Origin: an uncultured SAR86 cluster bacterium | GTDB lineage: Bacteria; Pseudomonadota; Gammaproteobacteria; Magnimaribacterales; D2472 | Length of the DNA: 64,000 nt | Assembly (NCBI GenBank): GCA_902515155.1 | Contig: CABXTT010000001.1 | Coordinates: 12,389 to 76,388, forward strand | Reading direction: 5' to 3' | Shown: positions 57,728-64,000 of the stretch, piece by piece | Layout of the letters: the number at the start of each line of letters is the position of its first letter | How positions within the stretch are numbered: position 1 is the stretch's first letter | The notes under the pieces: model-generated | The model's database searches: none | Seen by the model: only the letters and a program-made list of their open reading frames with translations | What the model was told of the DNA's origin: nothing | Translations under genes and position numbers: made by a program

Positions 57728-58331
57728 GCATTATTTAAATATTTTTATTACTACTGTATTTATTGAGAACATAGCTTTGTCAGTATTTTTAGGTATGTGT
57801 ACATTCATTGCAATCTCAAAAAAAATTGATGCTGCAATTGGTTTAGGAATTGCTGTAATAGTTGTATGTTTAATTACCGTACCTCTAAATAATTTAATTT
57901 ATAATTTTATTTTAAGAGAGGATGCGTTAACTTGGGCAGGACTCCCTGGTACTAATTTAGAGTTTGTTGAGCTTATAAGCTATATTGGCGTCATTGCAGC
58001 TGTTGTTCAAATTCTTGAAATGTTTCTAGATAGATACGTTCCTGCTTTATATAATGCCCTTGGTGTCTTTCTTCCTTTAATAACTGTAAATTGTGCAATT
58101 TTAGGTGCTTCGTTATTTATGATTGAAAAAGATTTGTTATTTGGTGAGAGTGTTGTTTATGGTCTTGGTGCAGGTTTTGGTTGGGCAATGGCTATTGTTA
58201 TTCTTGCAGGTATTAGAGAAAAATTGAAATATTCAGATATACCAGAGGGTTTGAAGGGACTTGGTGCTACGTTTATAATTGTTGGCTTAATGAGTTTTGG
58301 TTTTATGTCATTTGGAGGCATTTCGCTTTAG
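57720..58331 (+). CDS. nqrE: Na+-NQR subunit E
   Basis: RnfA/NqrE-type membrane protein ([23 protein letters not shown]). Confidence 0.9.
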   Translation: MFEHYLNIFITTVFIENIALSVFLGMCTFIAISKKIDAAIGLGIAVIVVCLITVPLNNLIYNFILREDALTWAGLPGTNLEFVELISYIGVIAAVVQILEMFLDRYVPALYNALGVFLPLITVNCAILGASLFMIEKDLLFGESVVYGLGAGFGWAMAIVILAGIREKLKYSDIPEGLKGLGATFIIVGLMSFGFMSFGGISL

Positions 58332-58343
58332 TAGGAGTTACTT

Positions 58344-59570
58344 ATGCAGATTGATTTAATACTTGGTGTAGTTTCATTTTCAGGAATAGTTCTGGCACTT
58401 GTATTGATTATTATTGGAGCAAGATCTCGTCTTGTATCTACAGGAGATGTTTCTATTGAAATTAACGGGGATTCTTCAAACCCCTTAGTAGTTCCTGCTG
58501 GATCTAAGCTTCTGCAAACCTTAGCTGAAAATAAGATTTTTCTGTCATCAGCATGTGGTGGTGGTGGCACTTGTAGCCAATGTAAATGTGTGATTTTAGA
58601 TGGAGGTGGTTCAATACTTCCTACTGAAGAATCTCATTTTAATAGCAGAGAAAAAAATGATGGCTGGAGGCTCTCATGTCAAGTTGCTGTTAAAAATGAT
58701 ATGAAAATACAAGTACCTGAAGAGATATTCGGTGTTAAAGAATGGGAATGTGAAGTTATTTCTAATGATAATGTTGCAACTTTCATTAAAGAATTAATTT
58801 TAAAATTACCTGAAGGTGAAAATGTTGATTTTAAGGCAGGTGGATACGTTCAACTAGAAGCGCCTGCTTATGAAATTGATTACAAATCATTTGATATTCA
58901 GAAAGAGTATCACGGAGATTGGGATCATTTTAAAATATGGGATAACAAGGCTATAAATACAGAACCAGTTATACGTGCATATTCCATGGCTAATTATCCA
59001 GAAGAAAAAGGCATTATAAAATTTAATATAAGAATAGCTTCTCCACCTCCAGGTACTGATTTTCCTCCTGGAGTAATGTCTTCATGGACATTTAATCTAA
59101 AACCTGGTGATAAAGTAAAAGTATTTGGGCCCTTTGGTGAATTTTTCGCTAAAGAAACATCAAACGAAATGGTATTTGTAGGTGGTGGTGCTGGTATGGC
59201 ACCAATGAGATCACATATTTTTGATCAACTTCTGAGGATAAATACTGATAGAAAGATTACTTTTTGGTATGGTGCAAGAAGCTTAAAAGAAATGTTTTAT
59301 GTTGATGAATTTAATGAGCTAGCAGAGAAGTATGATAATTTTGAATGGCATGTAGCACTATCTGACCCCCAGCCTGAAGATGATTGGGATGGCGATACAG
59401 GTTTTATTCATAATATTTTATATTCAAATTATCTTAAAGATCATGATGCCCCAGAAGACTGTGAATACTACATGTGCGGACCTCCAATGATGAATAAAGC
59501 TTGTATTGATTTATTATTGAATATCGGAGTAGAACCAGAGAATATTGCTTTAGATGACTTTGGTGGTTAA
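58344..59570 (+). CDS. nqrF: Na+-NQR subunit F
   Basis: TM anchor, 2Fe-2S motif [15 protein letters not shown] motif RAYSMAN and NAD motif GGGAGMAP. Confidence 0.95.
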   Translation: MQIDLILGVVSFSGIVLALVLIIIGARSRLVSTGDVSIEINGDSSNPLVVPAGSKLLQTLAENKIFLSSACGGGGTCSQCKCVILDGGGSILPTEESHFNSREKNDGWRLSCQVAVKNDMKIQVPEEIFGVKEWECEVISNDNVATFIKELILKLPEGENVDFKAGGYVQLEAPAYEIDYKSFDIQKEYHGDWDHFKIWDNKAINTEPVIRAYSMANYPEEKGIIKFNIRIASPPPGTDFPPGVMSSWTFNLKPGDKVKVFGPFGEFFAKETSNEMVFVGGGAGMAPMRSHIFDQLLRINTDRKITFWYGARSLKEMFYVDEFNELAEKYDNFEWHVALSDPQPEDDWDGDTGFIHNILYSNYLKDHDAPEDCEYYMCGPPMMNKACIDLLLNIGVEPENIALDDFGG

Positions 59571-59577
59571 TTAAATC

Positions 59578-60570
59578 TTGATCACAAGATTTACAATTTC
59601 AAAAATAATTGCATTAGTTGTAGGTCTTTTATGTCTATTAATTGCATTTAACTACAATACAAAAAATTCATTTTCTATAAATGGAACTGCATATGGCACT
59701 TCATGGTCTGTAACCTCATCAGAATTTATTGCTGATCATCATCATAAAAATATTATTAAAATAATTAATAATATTGATATGGTCGCATCAAATTATAAAA
59801 GTGACTCTGAAGTATCTGTTATAAATGATAATGCTGTAACTACAGAATTTGTTATAAGTGAGCATTTATATAAAATTTTGACTATTGCTAAAGAAGTTCA
59901 TAATCAATCAGATGGTCTATATGATATAACTTTAGGAAAGTTATCAAGCAAGATGGGCTTTTCTCCTGATTTTAATGATGACTTATCGCATACTTCAAAT
60001 AATAAATTTTTGCTTCAAAATCCAAATAAGCTTACTAAAAATACTAAAGATTGGTTTGACCTATCATCAATAGCTAAAGGCTATAGCGTTCAACTTATTC
60101 ATGAATATCTATTAGAAAATAATCTTAATGACCATCTAATTGACATAGGTGGAGAGGTAATTATTAATGGAAGTATTCATGGTGAGTCTTGGAAAGTGGG
60201 AATTCAAGATCCATCCTCATTTATTGATAAACCTATTTATGTTATTAATAATTTAGATAATAAATTTTTGTCAATTGCTACATCTGGTGAATACAGAAAT
60301 TTTAAAATTCTTGATGATGGAAAAAAAATTACTCATACAATTAACCCGGAAACATTAAGTTCTATCTCGTCTAAAGTTAGTTCTGTAACAGTTGTTCATG
60401 AATCATCTGCGACATATGCAGATGCTTACGCTACTGCTTTCAATGTTATGGGTGAAACTAAGGCCATAAATTTTGCAAATGAAAACGATATAGCAGTCAT
60501 GCTTACATTTACAAATGAAGAGGGTACTAATCTTAAATTTTCTAAAAAATGGTATGATTTGAAACTATGA
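59578..60570 (+). CDS. apbE: FAD:protein FMN transferase
   Basis: ApbE pattern (FDLSSIAKGY, IDIGGE, ATSGEY, HTINP, ADAYATA). Follows nqrF. TTG start. Confidence 0.85.
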   Translation: MITRFTISKIIALVVGLLCLLIAFNYNTKNSFSINGTAYGTSWSVTSSEFIADHHHKNIIKIINNIDMVASNYKSDSEVSVINDNAVTTEFVISEHLYKILTIAKEVHNQSDGLYDITLGKLSSKMGFSPDFNDDLSHTSNNKFLLQNPNKLTKNTKDWFDLSSIAKGYSVQLIHEYLLENNLNDHLIDIGGEVIINGSIHGESWKVGIQDPSSFIDKPIYVINNLDNKFLSIATSGEYRNFKILDDGKKITHTINPETLSSISSKVSSVTVVHESSATYADAYATAFNVMGETKAINFANENDIAVMLTFTNEEGTNLKFSKKWYDLKL

Positions 60571-60743
60571 GTACTTTTATATCAGCATTTATTATTATTG
60601 GTTTAGCTTTTCTAGGGCTTGCTATTGGTTTAATACTTAAAAATCAGCCTATTAAAGGATCTTGCGGCGGTATGGCTAATTTAGATGAGGGCTCAGAATG
60701 TCAAATATGTGGAAGAACTGATCCTCAGTCTTGTAGTAAATAG
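60567..60743 (+). CDS. nqrM: (Na+)-NQR maturation protein NqrM (58 aa, not in ORF track)
   Basis: My own translation is MSTFISAFIIIGLAFLGLAIGLILKNQPIKGSCGGMANLDEGSECQICGRTDPQSCSK*. It has one TM helix plus four Cys, with an ATGA overlap with the apbE stop. Position and pattern fit NqrM (DUF539). Confidence 0.75.
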   Translation: MSTFISAFIIIGLAFLGLAIGLILKNQPIKGSCGGMANLDEGSECQICGRTDPQSCSK

Positions 60744-60752
60744 GTAACATTT

Positions 60753-61961
60753 ATGATTTTAAAGGGTCATTGTGATGACCGTTTTAAAAAAATCCATGAA
60801 ATACTCTCTAAGCAATTATCCTCTGGATATGAGCTTGGTTGCTCTGTTGCCGTTGAATACCAAGGTAAAGAGGTCATAAATCTATATGGCGGTCACACAA
60901 ATACAGCAAAAGATAAAGAATGGACTAACGATACTCTTGTAAATGTTTGGTCTGTAACTAAGGCAGTTACTGGCATATGCATAACAAAAATAATTAACGA
61001 TGGTCTTTTAGATGTAAACAAAAATGTTGGATATTATTGGCCTGAATATGTTGAGCATAAATCTGACACCAAGGTTATTGATTTGCTAACCCACAGAGCA
61101 GGAATGTTTGGTTTTCAGGATGGACTTCCTGATTGCAAATGGACTGACTGGGATGTTTTTGTAAAAGCCTTAGAAAATCAAAAACCTTATAACGTTCCAG
61201 GTACATCTCAAGGATATCATGCGTTAACATTTGCATGGCTTGTTGGTGAACTGTTTAGAAGAGCTGAAGGAAGAATGGTTGGTGATTATTTTAAAGATGA
61301 GATTGCTGCTCCATTTAATTTAGATTTTCATATTGGCTTATCTGAAAATCAGCTTCATAGATGTGCGGATGTTTCTGTTAAAAGATTCGACAGTCTAAAG
61401 CCACCATTTGAATTTATTAAATATATACCAAATATTTTTCTACCAACTGATTTAAAAAATTTTAAAAATTCAATTATTTCTAAAGATTTCGTCCATGCAT
61501 TCAATGGTAGTTTATTTGATACCTTTGATCCAAATTCAACTAATTGGAGAATGTCTCAAGTTCCAGCTGCTAATGGTCATGGAACAGCAGCTAGTCTAGC
61601 CAAATTATTTGGTATTTTATCTACAGGTTGCGAACGAGACAATATTAAGCTATTTGATATTTCTGCATTAAAAAATGCAACATCAGTCAAGACAAGAGGG
61701 CCTGATACAGTTTTATTCGGTTCAAAGCTTAATTTTGGTTATTGTTTTATGCTCAATGGAAATGAATCAAGCAGAGTAAATTTTGCACCAACTATGAAAA
61801 AGAATTCTTTTGGCCATGCAGGTATAGGCGGATCTGTAGTTTTTGGTGATGCAACAAAAAGCATAGGATATGCTTTTGTATGTAATCGGCAGCATAAGCC
61901 AGCAACACTATATAAGACTTCTAATCTTTTAACAGAAGCCCTATATAGAATAATAGATTAG
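60753..61961 (+). CDS. serine hydrolase, class C beta-lactamase/esterase family
   Basis: S-x-x-K nucleophile motif (WSVTKAV), YHALTF and HAGIGGS. Confidence 0.8.
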   Translation: MILKGHCDDRFKKIHEILSKQLSSGYELGCSVAVEYQGKEVINLYGGHTNTAKDKEWTNDTLVNVWSVTKAVTGICITKIINDGLLDVNKNVGYYWPEYVEHKSDTKVIDLLTHRAGMFGFQDGLPDCKWTDWDVFVKALENQKPYNVPGTSQGYHALTFAWLVGELFRRAEGRMVGDYFKDEIAAPFNLDFHIGLSENQLHRCADVSVKRFDSLKPPFEFIKYIPNIFLPTDLKNFKNSIISKDFVHAFNGSLFDTFDPNSTNWRMSQVPAANGHGTAASLAKLFGILSTGCERDNIKLFDISALKNATSVKTRGPDTVLFGSKLNFGYCFMLNGNESSRVNFAPTMKKNSFGHAGIGGSVVFGDATKSIGYAFVCNRQHKPATLYKTSNLLTEALYRIID

Positions 61962-63550
61962 AACTGATTCATAGTATTATCTTCACCAGCCGCTTTTAAA
62001 GCAGCTTCACCAGCAAAATATTCCTTATGATCGTCTCCCATATCAGATCCTGACATATTTTGATGTTTAACACATGCTATACCTTGTCTTATTTCTTTTC
62101 TTTGGACTCCTTTCACATAACCAAGCATGCCTTCTTCACCAAAATATTCTTTTGCAAGATTATCTGTAGATAATGCCGCAGTATGATAAGTTGGCAATGT
62201 TATTAAATGATGAAAAATACCGGCTTCTCTAGCTGCATCAGCTTGAAAGGTTCTTATTTTGTTATCAGCTTCAATTGCTAGTTCAGTATCATCATAACTT
62301 TCATTCATCAGATCAGAGCGATCATATTCTGATAGGTCAGCTCCATTTTTTTCCATTGAGTCAAAAACTTGTTGACGAAAATTTAATGTCCAGTTAAAAG
62401 AAGGGCTGTTGTTGTAAACTAATTTAGCATTTGGAACAACCTTCCTAATTTCATCCATCATTGCCCCAATTTGTCCAATATGTGGTCTTTCTGTTTCAAT
62501 CCAAATTAAATCAGCACCATTTTGTAAGCTTGTTATTGAGTCTAAAATACATCTTGCTTCACCTGTGCCTTTTCTAAATTGATATAGGTTACTAGGTAAT
62601 CTTTTAGGTCTTAAGAGATAACCATCTTTATTTATAAGAACATCACCATGATTCATATCTTCTTGATTAACTTCTTCTAAGTCTAGGTAAGAATTATACT
62701 GATCCCCTAAATCACCTTTTTCATTAGTTATAGCAATTTGTTTAGTTAATCCAGCGCCAAGAGAGTCTGTTCTAGCAACGATAATTCCATCATCAACACC
62801 CAATTCTAAAAATGCATATCTAACAGCATTAATTTTTGCAAGAAAGTCTGCATGTGGTACTGTAACTTTACCATCCTGATGTCCGCATTGTTTTTCATCA
62901 GACACTTGGTTTTCAATTTGTATTGCACACGCTCCTGCTTCAATCATTTGTTTAGCCATTAAGTAAGTAGCTTCTTCATTACCAAATCCCGCATCAATAT
63001 CTGCAATTATTGGAACAACATGAGTCTCAAAATTATCTATCTTATCTTGTATACTTGATTTATCTGCATCAGATGCGCTATCAAGTTGTCTATATAAGCC
63101 ACCAAGTTCTCTTGCATCAGCCTGTCTTAGAAATGTATATAACTCAGCTATTAATGATGCAACTGTTGTTTTTTCATGCATTGATTGATCTGGTAGGGGT
63201 CCAAACTCTGATCTGAGTGCTGCAATCATCCATCCTGATAAATATAAATATTTCTTACTTGTAGAATTAAAATGTTTTTTAATTGATATAAGTTTTTGTT
63301 GGCCTATAAAACCATGCCAACATCCTAGTGACTGAGTATATGCAGAAGTGTTATTATCATATTCCTCCATATCTCTTCGCATTACAGCAGCAGTGTATTT
63401 TGCTATATCAACACCGGTTTTAAATTTATTTTGCATACGCATTCTAGCAACGTATTCTGGATTAATTGAATTCCAGTTTCCTGATGACATTTCAGGTATT
63501 TTATTTGCAGCATCTTTATGCTCATTATGATTAGACATTTTATTACTCAC
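61958..63550 (-). CDS. aceA: isocitrate lyase (long, ~530-aa form)
   Basis: The catalytic-loop signature QCGHQDGK (cf. KKCGH), IADIDAGFGN and the C-terminus GEDNTMNQF. Confidence 0.9.
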   Translation of the reverse strand: MSNKMSNHNEHKDAANKIPEMSSGNWNSINPEYVARMRMQNKFKTGVDIAKYTAAVMRRDMEEYDNNTSAYTQSLGCWHGFIGQQKLISIKKHFNSTSKKYLYLSGWMIAALRSEFGPLPDQSMHEKTTVASLIAELYTFLRQADARELGGLYRQLDSASDADKSSIQDKIDNFETHVVPIIADIDAGFGNEEATYLMAKQMIEAGACAIQIENQVSDEKQCGHQDGKVTVPHADFLAKINAVRYAFLELGVDDGIIVARTDSLGAGLTKQIAITNEKGDLGDQYNSYLDLEEVNQEDMNHGDVLINKDGYLLRPKRLPSNLYQFRKGTGEARCILDSITSLQNGADLIWIETERPHIGQIGAMMDEIRKVVPNAKLVYNNSPSFNWTLNFRQQVFDSMEKNGADLSEYDRSDLMNESYDDTELAIEADNKIRTFQADAAREAGIFHHLITLPTYHTAALSTDNLAKEYFGEEGMLGYVKGVQRKEIRQGIACVKHQNMSGSDMGDDHKEYFAGEAALKAAGEDNTMNQF

Positions 63551-63688
63551 CCTATAGTTAATATGTAGTGCAGTTAATAATATATGTTGATTAAAGTCAA
63601 TATATTTTCAATAGTAATGATTCTATAGGTTTAAATTAAGTATTTTTGTGTAGTTTTACTACTCAAATTGGTATTTATTGGTCTATTA

Positions 63689-64000
63689 TTAATCTTTGGC
63701 TAGTTTGGATGCAATACCAATATATTTTTCTGGAGTAAGCTTCAGTAGGTTTGCTTTGGAACTTTCAGAGAGTTTTAGAGAATTTATAAAATCTTTATAG
63801 GTTATAGCATCTAATTTAGATCCTCTAGATAGATTTTTTAATTGTTCATAGGCATCTGGAATACCTTCATATCTCATAACAGTTTGGACAGCTTCAGCTA
63901 ATACTTCCCAATTTTCATTAAGCTCAGATTTAATTTTATCCTTATTAGGAATAATTTTTCCAAGGCCTTTGTTAGTTGAAACGATTGCAAGAACAGCATA
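63689..64000 (-). CDS. purB: adenylosuccinate lyase, C-terminal portion (5' end outside window)
   Basis: The frame is open to base 64000: ...ELNENWEVLAEAVQTVMRYEGIPDAYEQLKNLSRG... parallels the E. coli PurB C-terminus (NWEVLAEPIQTVMRRYG). Confidence 0.9.
   Translation of the reverse strand, partial: YAVLAIVSTNKGLGKIIPNKDKIKSELNENWEVLAEAVQTVMRYEGIPDAYEQLKNLSRGSKLDAITYKDFINSLKLSESSKANLLKLTPEKYIGIASKLAKD

Noticed and set aside
1419-63530. About 35 short ORF-track entries lie antisense or out of frame inside strong genes: 1419-1643, 2209-2406, 4258-4488, 6060-6323, 8559-8795, 10884-11105, 11203-11406, 13919-14128, 17692-18080, 18311-18556, 19198-19449, 21008-21244, 25977-26283, 29287-29562, 31278-31583, 34570-34801, 34931-35155, 35939-36163, 37063-37287, 39814-40062, 40290-40568, 41592-41786, 43000-43218, 44054-44245, 46517-46801, 48428-48862, 51061-51270, 53714-53965, 57457-57656, 58328-58570, 63010-63216, 63348-63530.
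   Set aside because: Each is fully embedded in a CDS with clear family motifs on the other strand or frame. Their translations are low-complexity (I/L/F/S/K-rich) with no motifs. These are shadow ORFs, as expected in AT-rich DNA.
63551-63688. The distant inverted 7-mers CCTATAG...CTATAGG upstream of isocitrate lyase as a regulator site.
   Set aside because: Short, about 75 nt apart, with no known matching operator consensus. Likely chance.
1-64000. Scan for CRISPR arrays, IS elements or transposases, rRNA, restriction-modification or other defence gene clusters, and long direct repeats.
   Set aside because: None seen. The only repeats are homopolymers, the 18-bp rne tandem repeat and the paralogous tRNA-Arg genes. 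Every long ORF has a housekeeping or metabolic assignment.

Overview
This is an AT-rich (about one-third G+C by eye, not computed), very gene-dense chromosomal segment. Almost every gene is a recognisable housekeeping gene. Gene content and synteny point to a streamlined marine gammaproteobacterium; a SAR86-like lineage is only a guess. The supporting arrangements are the divergent rne/rluC pair, rpmF-fabD-fabG-acpP-mltG-tmk-holB, the divergent metG/mrp pair, grxD next to rnt, mfd near a long GAPDH, nqrABCDEF-apbE-nqrM, and a long-form hisG operon. Blocks in order: ABC-2 exporter plus queF; tRNA-Ser; a ~1 kb non-core islet; EamA transporter plus rhodanese; tRNA-Arg(UCG); a DUF3604/PPIase-like/HupE envelope operon; coaBC-panBCD; rhlE; tRNA-Arg(ACG); Trm112, a CofE-like ligase, pdxJ, grxD; the metG-FNR-rnfB-like-rnt operon; mrp-like, mlaA, dusA, nhaB, nudC; rne/rluC; the fab cluster; an SDR, grx, an AGCS symporter and a GH16 glucanase; the his operon; trmA, nfuA, a CsiV-like gene and mfd; two ACADs and GAPDH; the Na+-NQR operon; a serine hydrolase; isocitrate lyase; the purB 3' end. 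I saw no rRNA, CRISPR array, IS element, integrase or obvious defence system. Best leads: (1) a 19/20 match to the LexA SOS-box consensus sits in the spacer of a promoter for a possibly leaderless 70-aa orphan ORF, next to a small wHTH gene, a G9 tract and tRNA-Ser; (2) a terminator-ended candidate regulatory RNA lies upstream of the EamA-rhodanese pair; (3) a DUF3604/parvulin-like/extended-HupE operon of unknown function; (4) a single-ORF hisD-IGPD fusion, with a TrpR/YerC-like gene as the first cistron of the his operon in place of a leader peptide; (5) two conserved small ORFs absent from the ORF track (nqrM and a DUF2970-like gene). All family assignments come from motif recognition by eye. 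No database search was run.
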